A stretch of DNA of 64,000 nucleotides from an uncultured Planctomycetales bacterium (GCA_964645795.1 CAZYCL010000003.1:101771-165770); one strand, 5' to 3'; counted from the first letter of the stretch, positions 28,252 through 37,691 are shown. The notes: generated from the sequence alone by a model not told the origin. Numbers and translations: made by a program.

Positions 28252-30144
28252 ATGGTCATCTCAAGCCTCATTTTTAAAAAAACAGCCCCCGTGCTTTTAG
28301 GGGCGTTTTTTGTTCTGGTGCTTGCCTCGGGCAGGTATCTGGACGGTCCGGAGATCTCCTCCTATGACCTAAGGATGGCCATGAGGCCGGCGCTTAAGGT
28401 CTCTGACAAGATCGTGATCATCGAGATCTCCGACGACACGCTTAAAAACCTCGGGCTTTGGCCCCTGCCCAGGGATTTCCACGCCACCATTACCGCAGTT
28501 TTAAAAGAAGCCGGCGCAAGGGCCCTGGTCTTTGACATCCTTTTCAGCGAGCCCTCTGTGTATGATAAAGAGTTTGCCGAAACCTTAAAGGATTTCGGCA
28601 GGGCATATCTGGGGGTGGCTTTTGATTCCGGGGTATCCAAAAATCCGCGGCTGCTTGCCGGTATTGCGCCGCAGCTAACAGGGGCAGCCTGCGCAATAGG
28701 CCACATCAATACGGTAGTTGACGCTGACGGCAAGATCAGAAAGGTGCCTGTTTTTGTCTCTGGCGGCAGCGCAAAAACCCCTCAACTCGGTTTTAAAGTC
28801 GCCTGCGATATCCTGGGGCTGGATATATCAAAATCAAGGCTTAGTGCAGGCGCCTTAATCATCGATGGCCGCATGAAGCTGCCCCTGGTGGACGATAAAT
28901 ACCTGTTGGTGAATTATCCCGGCCGCTGGCAGGATTCTTTTCTGCACCTTTCATACTTTGATATCCTCGATTCTTACAACCAGCTTATCGATGGCAAGGC
29001 CCCCCGCATAGACCTCTCGGTCCTGAAGGATAAAATATGTTTTATAGGGCTGACCGCCACCGGCACTTCCGACTTTCAGCCTGTTCCGCTTGAAAACGTC
29101 TATCCGCTGGTAGGGCTGCAGGCAAGCATCACAAACAGCCTGCTTAATAACAATTTTATCCATCGGGCCTCCAGGGGCATTAACGCCCTTATCGCTTTGC
29201 TGATCTTTTTCTTAAGCCTCTATGCCTGTTTGAAGTTTGCCCCGCTGAAGGCGCTGCTTAATAACATTGTGCTGGGCAGCGTCTACTTCGTTATTGCCTG
29301 CCTGTTGTTTGTCCTTTACGGGGTCTGGGTCGACCTGTTTTTGCCGCTGGCAGTGGTTTTTGCGCTGTATTTGACGCTTACCGTCCGGCGGTTCTTCATC
29401 GAGAACAGATTAAGGCAGCTTTTGGAAAAAGAGCTGGAGATCGCCCGCTCCATCCAGGAAAGCTTCCTGCCGGATAAACCGGCAATAACCGAAGGCTTGG
29501 GGCTCCACAGTCATTTATCGGCGGCAAAGTTTGTCGCGGGCGACCTCTACGACCTGGTGGCGCTTGGCGACAGGAGCGCCGGAATGTTTATCGCTGACGT
29601 AGCCGGAAAAGGGGTTTCCGCATCCCTGGTCATGGCTCAGGTGATCTCGCTTTTCAGGATATACTCCCGCCAGTATCATGATTGCGCCAGGGTATTGGGC
29701 CTTCTCAATGAAGAGCTTTGCAGCAGGGAGTCGCTTCGTTTTGTGACCGCCCTCTATATAATAATCGATACCGCAAAGAAAACCGTCTCTGCTTCTTCGG
29801 CCGGCCACGGGCCCCTGTTGATTTATCGAGGTTCTTGTGTGACGGTAGAAGAAGCCTGCCTTGATCAGGGGTTGCCTTTGGGGATTGAGAAGAATGCGGG
29901 GTATCGGAATGTTGAATTCACCGTCAGCCCCGGAGACAGGCTTATGATATTTACCGACGGACTTCCTGAGTCCAGGAACCGCAAGCGTCAGGAGTTCGGC
30001 ACGGAAAGGATCCGGGATATCCTTATTAAATCCGGGGCAAAAGATGCCGGTGGGATATCGCAGGCAATAATGGAAGAGGTGGCCAGGTTTTGCGCCGGCG
30101 CCGCCCAGCATGACGACATAACCCTGCTTGTCGGGGCAGTGTAA
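28252..30144 (+). CDS. CHASE2 sensor domain - transmembrane - PP2C (SpoIIE/RsbU-type) serine phosphatase
   Basis: 630 aa. Periplasmic CHASE2-like domain (residues ~30-300), three or four TM helices, then a PP2C catalytic domain (FVAGDLYDL...FIADVAGKGVSASLVMAQ...FTDGLPE). Confidence 0.8.
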   Translation: MVISSLIFKKTAPVLLGAFFVLVLASGRYLDGPEISSYDLRMAMRPALKVSDKIVIIEISDDTLKNLGLWPLPRDFHATITAVLKEAGARALVFDILFSEPSVYDKEFAETLKDFGRAYLGVAFDSGVSKNPRLLAGIAPQLTGAACAIGHINTVVDADGKIRKVPVFVSGGSAKTPQLGFKVACDILGLDISKSRLSAGALIIDGRMKLPLVDDKYLLVNYPGRWQDSFLHLSYFDILDSYNQLIDGKAPRIDLSVLKDKICFIGLTATGTSDFQPVPLENVYPLVGLQASITNSLLNNNFIHRASRGINALIALLIFFLSLYACLKFAPLKALLNNIVLGSVYFVIACLLFVLYGVWVDLFLPLAVVFALYLTLTVRRFFIENRLRQLLEKELEIARSIQESFLPDKPAITEGLGLHSHLSAAKFVAGDLYDLVALGDRSAGMFIADVAGKGVSASLVMAQVISLFRIYSRQYHDCARVLGLLNEELCSRESLRFVTALYIIIDTAKKTVSASSAGHGPLLIYRGSCVTVEEACLDQGLPLGIEKNAGYRNVEFTVSPGDRLMIFTDGLPESRNRKRQEFGTERIRDILIKSGAKDAGGISQAIMEEVARFCAGAAQHDDITLLVGAV

Positions 30145-30170
30145 TCTCAGGATAATAACCGGGAGGGACC

Positions 30171-30560
30171 ATGGCCCTACGCACCAGAACCGAAAAGAGG
30201 ACAGAGGAAGGCGTATGCATTATTTCCTGTTTAGGGTCTCTGGATTCATCAACCTATCAGGAGCTTGAAAAAGAGATCGAAAGGGCTTTGAACATATTCC
30301 CGAAGCTGGTGATGCTCGATTTTAAAGAGCTTGATTACATAAGTAGTATCGGCGTCTCCGTGGTCTTAAAAGGCAAAAAGAGCATGGAAGAAAGAGGCGG
30401 CCAGCTTATCCTGGCAAATCTTCAGCCCCAGGTCAAGAAGGTCCTGGATATAATCAAAGCCATACCTTCCCATGCGGTATTTAAAGATGTGGATGAGCTG
30501 GACGCTTACCTTTACCGGATCCAAAAGAAAGAGCTGGAAAAAGACAAGCCGCCGCTCTAA
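30171..30560 (+). CDS. STAS-domain anti-sigma-factor antagonist-like protein (second copy)
   Basis: 129 aa with the conserved Ser in [17 protein letters not shown]. Confidence 0.78.
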   Translation: MALRTRTEKRTEEGVCIISCLGSLDSSTYQELEKEIERALNIFPKLVMLDFKELDYISSIGVSVVLKGKKSMEERGGQLILANLQPQVKKVLDIIKAIPSHAVFKDVDELDAYLYRIQKKELEKDKPPL

Positions 30561-30585
30561 ACTTGCGCTAAAGCTGCTTTCCGTC

Positions 30586-31602
30586 ATGCCTAAGACAAAG
30601 ATAGTTTCTACCATAGGCCCTTCATCTGCCGCAGCTGGAGTTTTACGCAGGATGATGCTTGCCGGTATGGATATCGCGCGATTGAACTTTTCGCACGGCA
30701 GCCACGAATTCCTCCAAGGCTGCATTTTCAGGATCCGCCTCTTAAACCGCAAATACCGCCGCCATGTACGCATACTCGCTGACCTGGAAGGCCACCGTGT
30801 GCGCATAGGCAGGTTCGGAAAAGTTAAAGAAATACCTCTTAAAAAAAGACAATCGTTGATTCTTTCTAGTAAGCCTACTTCGTCCGCAAGTCCAGTAATC
30901 CCCTTTGATTACAGGGGCAGCCTGCGCGACATACCAAAAGGTGTATTTATTTATATTGACGACGGGAATATCTGCCTTAGGGTGACAAGGGTCACCGGGG
31001 ATTACGTCCGGACAGAGGTGGTGACGCCAGGAGTCCTTAAGGAGAGAAAAGGAGTCAATATCCCCCAGGCCAACCTTAAATTCCGCGGGACCAGCCCTAA
31101 AGACAGGGATGATATCGCTTTTGCTATAAAGCATAAAGTCGATTTTATCGCTCAGTCTTTTGTCTGCAGTTCTAAGGACCTGCTGGCTGTGATGAGGCTG
31201 GTCAGGCCCGGCCTTGCGGGCTGTCGAGTGATCGCCAAGATCGAAAACCGCCAGGGTATCAATAATATTGACAGCATCATAAAGGCAGCTGACGGAATAA
31301 TGATCGCAAGGGGCGACATGGGCGTTTCCATACCGTTATATGAGGTTCCGATCGTGCAGAAGGTTATCATCAAAAAGTGCAATGAAGCGGATAAGCCCGT
31401 GATTACCGCTACGCAGATGCTGGAGAGCATGACCGAGAATAGGCGTCCAACGAGGGCCGAGGTTGCCGATGTGGCCAACGCGGTTTTGGACGGTTCGGAT
31501 TGCCTTATGCTGTCAGCGGAGACTGCGGTAGGCAAATACCCGGTTGAAAGCGTGGAGATGATGAATAAAATTATTTCTTATACTGAGAAATCGCTGATTT
31601 AG
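30586..31602 (+). CDS. pyk: Pyruvate kinase (short form lacking the C-terminal allosteric domain)
   Basis: Start at the ATG at 30586 ([14 protein letters not shown]...), in frame with the track ORF 30472 whose N-terminus overlaps the STAS gene. PK motifs present: [24 protein letters not shown]. Confidence 0.85.
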   Translation: MPKTKIVSTIGPSSAAAGVLRRMMLAGMDIARLNFSHGSHEFLQGCIFRIRLLNRKYRRHVRILADLEGHRVRIGRFGKVKEIPLKKRQSLILSSKPTSSASPVIPFDYRGSLRDIPKGVFIYIDDGNICLRVTRVTGDYVRTEVVTPGVLKERKGVNIPQANLKFRGTSPKDRDDIAFAIKHKVDFIAQSFVCSSKDLLAVMRLVRPGLAGCRVIAKIENRQGINNIDSIIKAADGIMIARGDMGVSIPLYEVPIVQKVIIKKCNEADKPVITATQMLESMTENRRPTRAEVADVANAVLDGSDCLMLSAETAVGKYPVESVEMMNKIISYTEKSLI

Positions 31603-31617
31603 GAGGGTCTGACTTAA

Positions 31618-32304
31618 CTATCCGTGATAGCCCAGGCCTTTTTCGCGGGCGAGCCTGTCACTGACATACTTTGCTAGCCTGTCCTGCTCTTCAGAGCTTA
31701 TGTCGATAAGCTTTATGCCGTAGTACCATTTATCCGCCTTCAAGAATTCGCTCTTCCAGACTATCCTGCCCATGTACTCGGTATTATTTACCTCGGGCAG
31801 CTTTATGGCGATCTTTGCCCCATCTTCATACTTGGTCCTGGAGATAAGCAGCAGGCCGCCGGCCCCCAGATTTTTGGTTACGCCTTCATCATAATCCTGG
31901 AAAATGTTGGGATACTCCTGGGTATAAGCTTTGATTACGTGCTCCATCCGGAAGAACCGTCTTCTGTCCTTGTGGGGCCTGAAGCTTCTGGGCCTGCTCA
32001 ACACCCACAGGTATACGGGCTGCTCAACGGTCTCTTTAAATTTGACCTCGGATTTAAAGTACTGGTCACCCCTAAGGACAAATACCTCGATCCTCTGGTC
32101 CGGGAGGGATTCCATGGATTCTACCTCATGAGGGCTTATGCCGCCTATATAGATATTCTCCTGGTCCCAGTCTTCGATGCGGCTGACAAGGGTCCGCTGA
32201 GAATCGCCTATACGCAGGAATATGCTTTGGTGAGGCGATATTTTATCGTCAAGCTTCTCGACTTTGCTTTCTGCTAACTTCTTAAAAAGATTTACAATTT
32301 CCAT
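31618..32304 (-). CDS. YcgR-like c-di-GMP-binding protein (PilZN + PilZ domains)
   Basis: 228 aa with PilZ signatures RRRFFR (RxxxR) and NLGAGGLLL (D/NxSxxG). Confidence 0.75.
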   Translation of the reverse strand: MEIVNLFKKLAESKVEKLDDKISPHQSIFLRIGDSQRTLVSRIEDWDQENIYIGGISPHEVESMESLPDQRIEVFVLRGDQYFKSEVKFKETVEQPVYLWVLSRPRSFRPHKDRRRFFRMEHVIKAYTQEYPNIFQDYDEGVTKNLGAGGLLLISRTKYEDGAKIAIKLPEVNNTEYMGRIVWKSEFLKADKWYYGIKLIDISSEEQDRLAKYVSDRLAREKGLGYHG

Positions 32305-32389
32305 ACTTAATCTCCAAACTAAATAAGTATATATTACAACTAGACCTAATTCAATATCATTTTAAATTGATCAATGAAGGGTTGGGGGG

Positions 32390-33070
32390 TTAGTCGCTTT
32401 CCGCAGCGCCTTTGGCCAGCCTGTCCTTTACATATGAATCGAGCTTATGCAATGCTTCAGGGCTGATGTTCAGAAATTTCATGCCGTAATACCATTTATC
32501 ATATTTGGGGGAAGGGCTTTTCCAGAGGGTATGGCCTAAAAACTCGTATTTACATATATCCGGGAACTTAAGCACGATCTTTGTCCTTAGGTCAAAGCTG
32601 TTTCTGGATATGAGCATCGCTCCGCCCAGGCAGATATTCTTGACCATCGTCTCTTCGTAATCCTGGAAGATGTTCGGATATTCCTGTATAAAGGTTTTGG
32701 CTACATTCTCCAGGCGGTAGCACTGCCTCCTGTCCTGGTGCACAACGAACTTTTTAGGCATACTCAGCACCCACAGGTATATCGGCTGCTCGATCATTTT
32801 AATAAAGAACACTTCCGATCTATAATAGGAGCCGCCTATAAGGATGAAGAGCTCTATTTTCTGTCCGGGGTAGGGAACGGCAAAGTGGTTCTCATCGCTG
32901 CTTATGCCGGAGACGTGGATCCTGTCTTCGTACCAGTCTTCTATGCGGGAAACCAGGGTCTGAGGAGAGGCGCCGAAGCGTATAAACAAGCTTTGGCGCA
33001 GCTTCACCTTGTCCTGAAGCCTGAAAGAACTGTTTGCCGGCATTCTCTGAAAAAACCGCATAATATTCAT
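32390..33070 (-). CDS. YcgR-like PilZ-domain protein, tandem paralog of 31618-32304
   Basis: 226 aa, collinear with the neighbouring paralog. PilZ motifs RRQCYR and NICLGGAML. Confidence 0.72.
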   Translation of the reverse strand: MNIMRFFQRMPANSSFRLQDKVKLRQSLFIRFGASPQTLVSRIEDWYEDRIHVSGISSDENHFAVPYPGQKIELFILIGGSYYRSEVFFIKMIEQPIYLWVLSMPKKFVVHQDRRQCYRLENVAKTFIQEYPNIFQDYEETMVKNICLGGAMLISRNSFDLRTKIVLKFPDICKYEFLGHTLWKSPSPKYDKWYYGMKFLNISPEALHKLDSYVKDRLAKGAAESD

Positions 33071-33163
33071 TGTGTAATAATTTTACACTATAAATAGGGA
33101 TTTAACAACCAAAATCTTCAAAATGTAAATCTTTGCAGCGCAAACATATGCCGAAATATATAT

Positions 33164-33192
33164 TTGCAAAACCGATAAAACAAGCGTAGAAT
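33164..33192 (+). promoter_or_regulatory. Candidate sigma-70 promoter (-35 TTGCAA, 17-nt spacer, -10 TAGAAT) abutting the response-regulator start
   Basis: TTGCAA at 33164-33169 and TAGAAT at 33187-33192. The ATG at 33202 lies only ~9 nt downstream, implying a leaderless or near-leaderless mRNA. Confidence 0.35.
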
Positions 33193-33201
33193 ATCCCCAT
33201 A

Positions 33202-33570
33202 ATGGCCAGGATACTGGTAGTCGATGACGATAAAGATATTTGCAAGCTGATTGAATTATTGCTGGTCAAAGCGGGATTTCAGGTGATAACCGCCCAGGAC
33301 GGCGCAAGCGGCCTTGAGCAAGCCAGGGCTATGCATCCTGACCTGCTTATTCTGGATCTGGACCTTCCGGGCTTACCCGGAGAAGAGGTCTGCAGGGAGC
33401 TGAAGAAAGACCCCGCAACAGAGGTTATCCCCGTCATCATGCTCACCGGTAAGGATTCGGACGCGGACAGGGTCATCGGCAGGGTAATCGGCGCTTCTTA
33501 TTACATTCCCAAGCCGTTTGATAACAAGGACCTGGTGAGCAAGGTTAAGGCCTGCGTGAAGAGCGCATGA
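33202..33570 (+). CDS. Single-domain response regulator (CheY-like REC only)
   Basis: 122 aa with the acid pocket VVDDD, phospho-acceptor LLILDLDLPG and conserved K in YIPKPF. Confidence 0.88.
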   Translation: MARILVVDDDKDICKLIELLLVKAGFQVITAQDGASGLEQARAMHPDLLILDLDLPGLPGEEVCRELKKDPATEVIPVIMLTGKDSDADRVIGRVIGASYYIPKPFDNKDLVSKVKACVKSA

Positions 33571-33591
33571 GATCTTTTAGTCAAATATGTA

Positions 33592-33619
33592 TTGACAATC
33601 GGACCTTAGCTGCTATGAT
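33592..33619 (+). promoter_or_regulatory. Candidate sigma-70 promoter for csp (-35 TTGACA, 16-nt spacer, -10 TATGAT)
   Basis: TTGACA at 33592-33597 and TATGAT at 33614-33619. It would place the 33655-33697 hairpin inside the csp 5' UTR. Confidence 0.4.
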
Positions 33620-33654
33620 ATATATGTAATGTAAGCAAACAAGATTAGAAGTCG

Positions 33655-33697
33655 GAAACCGAAAGGTCTGAAGATTGCTAGCCTTTCGGTTTTTTTA
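33655..33697 (+). terminator. Rho-independent terminator-like hairpin (AAACCGAAAGG / CCTTTCGGTTT + T7)
   Basis: A 10-11 bp GC-containing stem with a 15-nt loop followed by TTTTTTT. It lies 85 nt after the REC gene and 33 nt before the csp start. Confidence 0.6.
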
Positions 33698-33729
33698 TCT
33701 TTTAATCGGATTCTAAAAAGGAGGAATGG

Positions 33730-33936
33730 ATGGCGCATACGGGAAAAATCAAGAAGATCGTCGGTGACAGAGGCTTCGGTTTTATCAGCGATACCGACGG
33801 AAGAGAGCTGTTTTTTCACCGCAGCGGCGTTGAAGGCACTCAGTTTGATTCGCTGCAGGAAGACCAGAAGGTTGAATTTGAGGTAGAGTCTTCGCCAAAA
33901 GGGCCGCGCGCAGTGCACATACGCCTGTCTGCCTAA
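33730..33936 (+). CDS. cspA: Cold-shock protein (CspA family)
   Basis: 68 aa with RNP1 KGFGFI and RNP2-like motifs. AAGGAGG RBS upstream. Confidence 0.93.
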   Translation: MAHTGKIKKIVGDRGFGFISDTDGRELFFHRSGVEGTQFDSLQEDQKVEFEVESSPKGPRAVHIRLSA

Positions 33937-33947
33937 GCCTTGATTCA

Positions 33948-35051
33948 ATGAGCGCTAGCCTGAAGGGTTTGAGGATAGGGGATCTTCATATACGAATCCC
34001 GATAATCCAGGGAGGGATGGGAGTGCGTGTTTCTGCCTCCGGTTTGGCCGCCGCTGTTTCAAATCAGGGGGCTTTAGGGGTCATTGCCGCTGTCGGTTTA
34101 GGGGAGGAGGATGACGCCAGGGGCCTGAATTATGTGGAGCGTTCGGCCAACTCCCTTAAAGACATCATCCGCAATGCCCGCAGCCTTACTTGCGGTCCGG
34201 TCGCGGTCAATATCATGTGCGCTCTTACTAATTACGACAGCCTGGTTATGACCGCACAAGACGAAGGCGTTGAAGTGATAATTTCAGGTGCGGGCCTGCC
34301 CCTGGACCTCCCTTCTTTAATTAAAAATGCTTCTACCAAGCTTATACCCATAGTCTCATCGGCCCGCGCGGCGCGCATAATCTGCGAAGCCTGGAAGAGG
34401 AGGTACCACAGGCTCCCTGATGCGATCATCGTAGAGGGCCCGCTTGCCGGCGGCCATCTCGGCTATAGCGCCGGGGAGCTCTCTGATCCGGAAAACATTT
34501 ACCTGGAAAAGATCCTCAGCCAGACCCTGGAGGTCATTTCTTCATACCGGCATCATGATAACGGGATCCCGCTTATAGCGGCCGGGGGGATTTTTAACGG
34601 AGCTGATATGGTCAAGATGTTCAGGCTTGGGGCAAGCGCCGTCCAAATGGCCACCCGCTTTGTCTGCACCTACGAGTGCGACGCCTCGAATAAATACAAA
34701 GAGGCATATCTTAACTGTTCGCAAGAAGACATTACCATAATCCAGAGCCCGGTAGGCATGCCGGGCAGGGTGATCCGCAATAAGTTTGTAAAAAGGATCG
34801 AGAGCGGAGAGAAAATAGATTTCGATTGCCCTTACAAATGCCTGTCAACTTGCGAACCGAAAAATGCAAAATATTGTATTGCCAAGGCGCTTTTAAACGC
34901 TTACAGAGGCGATTTTGTCAACGGTTTTGCCATGTGCGGAAGCAATGCCCACAGGATAAAGAGTATCGTATTTGTCAAAGACCTCATTTCTGAACTTGTG
35001 AGGGAGGCAGAAGAGGCGTATTCCGGCCAGGAGGCCCTATCAAAAAAGTAA
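33948..35051 (+). CDS. NPD-family flavoenzyme (enoyl-ACP reductase FabK / nitronate monooxygenase-like) with a Cys-rich C-terminal segment
   Basis: 367 aa with a TIM-barrel FMN-binding pattern (IIQGGMGVRVSASGLAAAVSNQGALGVI...AAGGI). Extra cysteines near the C-terminus (CPYKCLSTCEPKNAKYC). Confidence 0.7.
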   Translation: MSASLKGLRIGDLHIRIPIIQGGMGVRVSASGLAAAVSNQGALGVIAAVGLGEEDDARGLNYVERSANSLKDIIRNARSLTCGPVAVNIMCALTNYDSLVMTAQDEGVEVIISGAGLPLDLPSLIKNASTKLIPIVSSARAARIICEAWKRRYHRLPDAIIVEGPLAGGHLGYSAGELSDPENIYLEKILSQTLEVISSYRHHDNGIPLIAAGGIFNGADMVKMFRLGASAVQMATRFVCTYECDASNKYKEAYLNCSQEDITIIQSPVGMPGRVIRNKFVKRIESGEKIDFDCPYKCLSTCEPKNAKYCIAKALLNAYRGDFVNGFAMCGSNAHRIKSIVFVKDLISELVREAEEAYSGQEALSKK

Positions 35052-35193
35052 AGACTTCTCCTAAGCACAGAAAGTGCAGGTACCCGGGGTGCAAACAGAT
35101 TTTGAGCATTTACAATCACGAGATCTATTGTCATTTGCATCTGGGCCTGCTCTCCCTGGAAACCACCCGTAAGCATGATGGTTTTTTATCGAG

Positions 35194-36447
35194 ATGATGC
35201 ATAAAACAACAATTCCCGCGGAAGGCGGGTTTTACGGGTTAGGCATAGCTCCGAAGATACTTGATATCCTTGAACGGCTGAGATTCAAGGTGCCGACTCC
35301 CATCCAGTTCAAAGCCATACCGCTGGCTCTCTCGGGTAAAGATGTAGTAGGTATCGCCCAGACCGGCACGGGAAAAACGCATGCCTTTGCCATACCCTTG
35401 TGTCAGGTGCTGGCGCAAAAAACTGGGATGGGCCTGGTTTTGGCGCCTACGCGCGAGCTGGCCGTCCAGATCAGCGAAAGCTTTCAGCCTTTAGCCCAGG
35501 CATTCTCGATGCGCACCGCCTGTCTTATCGGCGGAGCGCCGATGCCCCCTCAAGTGCAGGCCCTGCGCAAGGACCCCAGGATCGTGATCGCCACGCCAGG
35601 CAGACTGATCGACCATATGAGCCAGTGGAATATCATCCTCGACGATGTAAGGATGCTGGTCCTGGATGAAGCCGACCGCATGCTGGATATGGGTTTTGCC
35701 CCTCAGATAGAAAAGATACTTCGATTCGTGCCCAAAGAAAGACAGACGATGCTGTTTTCCGCGACCATCCCTAAAGAGATCATGGAGATGGCGTCACACC
35801 ATATGAAGCTGCCGGTAAGCATAGAGATCGCCCCTTCAGGCACGACCGCAGAACAAGTCACTCAGGAGCTCTTTATCGTCCGCAAAGAATCAAAGCTTCG
35901 TCTCCTGGGCAAGCTCCTTGCCAAATATAATGGCTCGGTGATCCTTTTTTCGCGCACAAAACACAACGCCAGGAAGATCACGCGCGCGATCAAAGACATG
36001 GGCTACAGCGCCACAGAGATACACTCTAACCGCACCCTTATACAGCGAAGAGACGCCTTAGATGGTTTTAAATCCGGAAAGTATAAGGTCCTGGTCGCTA
36101 CCGATATCGCCTCACGCGGTATCGATGTGAGGGGGATAGAGCTGGTAGTCAATTTCGATCTTCCGGACGAGGCGCAAAACTATGTCCACCGCATCGGCCG
36201 CACCGGAAGGGCAGGACATAAAGGCCATGCGGTCTCGTTTGCCACCCCGGATCAAAGTCGCGACGTCATGGATATCGAGAAGATAACCAGGATCTCGCTT
36301 CCGGTCTCCAAGCATCCGGAGCTGCCATGCGAAGAGTTTGAAAAACCCGGCCGAGAGCAGCACGGGCAAGCCAAACGCAGGGCTTTTCCCCGCAATAACC
36401 GCAACAGGTTCAACCGCAGACCCAGGGACTACCACCGCCCTTATTGA
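35194..36447 (+). CDS. DEAD-box ATP-dependent RNA helicase
   Basis: 417 aa with the Q-motif, motif I AQTGTGKT, motif II DEAD, motif III SAT, motif VI HRIGRTGRAG, and a basic C-terminal tail. Confidence 0.9.
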   Translation: MMHKTTIPAEGGFYGLGIAPKILDILERLRFKVPTPIQFKAIPLALSGKDVVGIAQTGTGKTHAFAIPLCQVLAQKTGMGLVLAPTRELAVQISESFQPLAQAFSMRTACLIGGAPMPPQVQALRKDPRIVIATPGRLIDHMSQWNIILDDVRMLVLDEADRMLDMGFAPQIEKILRFVPKERQTMLFSATIPKEIMEMASHHMKLPVSIEIAPSGTTAEQVTQELFIVRKESKLRLLGKLLAKYNGSVILFSRTKHNARKITRAIKDMGYSATEIHSNRTLIQRRDALDGFKSGKYKVLVATDIASRGIDVRGIELVVNFDLPDEAQNYVHRIGRTGRAGHKGHAVSFATPDQSRDVMDIEKITRISLPVSKHPELPCEEFEKPGREQHGQAKRRAFPRNNRNRFNRRPRDYHRPY

Positions 36448-36518
36448 TCTTGCCGCATCCCGCGGAAATCTTTTTTGAATATTATTGCCTTAAGCAAATA
36501 GTAGTGTTATTATTATCA

Positions 36519-37367
36519 ATGGAGGAGGTATGGAGAGTGGAGTATTTATTTGACAGCCTGGTTGGCATCAGCGAAACGCTCAGGAACCGCAGACTGTTTA
36601 TTTTTCTGGATTACGACGGCACAATAGCCCCTATCGTGGATATTCCTGATCAGGCCGATATCCCGCGCGAGCTTCGTAAGGTGCTTGAAGCGATCTGCGC
36701 CAACCCGAGGATGAGGCTTGCTTTTATAAGCGGGCGCAGGCTCGTAGATATCAAAACCAGGGTCGGGCTGAAAAACGCGATATACTCCGGCAACAAGGGA
36801 TTGGAGATAGAAGGCGATAAGATAGAGTTTCGCACCTCGCTGCCTGCAAATTACCGCAATTGTATCGTCCGGATTAAAAGAGGCCTTCAGGACAGGTTGT
36901 CCGGGGTCAAGGGCATATTCATCGAAGACAAGGAATTGACCCTGAGCCTCCATTACCGCAAGGTCCCGCAACAGGACGTTGTCGCGGTAAAAGAGGCTTT
37001 TTGTTCCATTGTCGGCGACTACGTTCTCAGAAACCAGATCAAAGCAAGATGCGGCAAGATGGTATTTGAGGTGACGCCCTCGTTGAATTGGAACAAGGGC
37101 ACGGCTGCCCTGGCTATACTGGCGCTGGACCCCTTTGCTTTTACAAACAGCGACCTGCTGCCCGTTTACATCGGGGACGACATCGCGGATGAGGACGCCT
37201 TCAGGGCCCTGGATAAGAGCGGTTTGACCATATATGTGGGCCAGCCCAAAATATCCTCTGCCAAGTATTATGTCAAAGATACCTATGAGGTCATGGGTTT
37301 CTTGAAAGAAATGTTAAACAGCCATTCCCCCAGGCTTGATGCAGCAGGATTGTTCTCTTTGAATTAA
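36519..37367 (+). CDS. otsB: Trehalose-6-phosphate phosphatase-like HAD hydrolase
   Basis: HAD motif I LFIFLDYDGTIAP and motif III/IV (GDDIADEDAF). Start chosen at the internal Met (MEEVWRVEY...) because the track ORF's 36444 start overlaps the helicase. The true start is uncertain. Confidence 0.6.
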   Translation: MEEVWRVEYLFDSLVGISETLRNRRLFIFLDYDGTIAPIVDIPDQADIPRELRKVLEAICANPRMRLAFISGRRLVDIKTRVGLKNAIYSGNKGLEIEGDKIEFRTSLPANYRNCIVRIKRGLQDRLSGVKGIFIEDKELTLSLHYRKVPQQDVVAVKEAFCSIVGDYVLRNQIKARCGKMVFEVTPSLNWNKGTAALAILALDPFAFTNSDLLPVYIGDDIADEDAFRALDKSGLTIYVGQPKISSAKYYVKDTYEVMGFLKEMLNSHSPRLDAAGLFSLN

Positions 37368-37379
37368 GAACGTGTTCAA

Positions 37380-37691
37380 ATGCAAGAACGCCATTTGGTT
37401 TATTCTACCGACGCGCAATGGAAACGTTCGTGCGGTTGCGCCAACCCGATAAAGCGGACGCGCGAGGACGGTAAAGTCAATATCCGTTTCGAGAAATCCG
37501 GTCGCAAGGGCAAAGAAGTGACCGTGATCTCAGGCCTACCTCTGGATCATGAAAGGCTGCTTGAGACAGCCAGGGCCTTAAAGGCGCGCCTGGGTACAGG
37601 CGGTACGGTCAAAGGCGCCGAGATCGAACTCCAAGGCGATCAGAGGAAGAAAACGGTTTTAGAGCTGCGCAGGAACGGATTTTCTGTCTGA
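37380..37691 (+). CDS. Translation initiation factor SUI1/eIF1 family (YciH-like)
   Basis: 103 aa with the SUI1 fold pattern (...KVNIRFEKSGRKGKEVTVISGL...GTGGTVKGAEIELQGD...). Confidence 0.8.
   Translation: MQERHLVYSTDAQWKRSCGCANPIKRTREDGKVNIRFEKSGRKGKEVTVISGLPLDHERLLETARALKARLGTGGTVKGAEIELQGDQRKKTVLELRRNGFSV

Noticed and set aside
30472-30585. N-terminal extensions of track ORFs for pyk (30472), btuD (39967), cobO (17281), aroQ (59667), the lipoyl protein (12161) and the isomerase (57241).
   Set aside because: The upstream extensions overlap the preceding genes or regulatory elements and lack homology. Internal ATGs with an RBS and family-typical N-termini were chosen instead.
35052-35193. 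Zinc-ribbon-like reading frame (KCRYPGCKQILSIYNHEIYCHLH...) in the FabK-helicase intergenic region.
   Set aside because: The frame is open from 34994 to 35190 but has no ATG/GTG start and no RBS. The only possible start is an internal TTG giving 31 aa. It is insufficient to call a gene and could be a degraded remnant.
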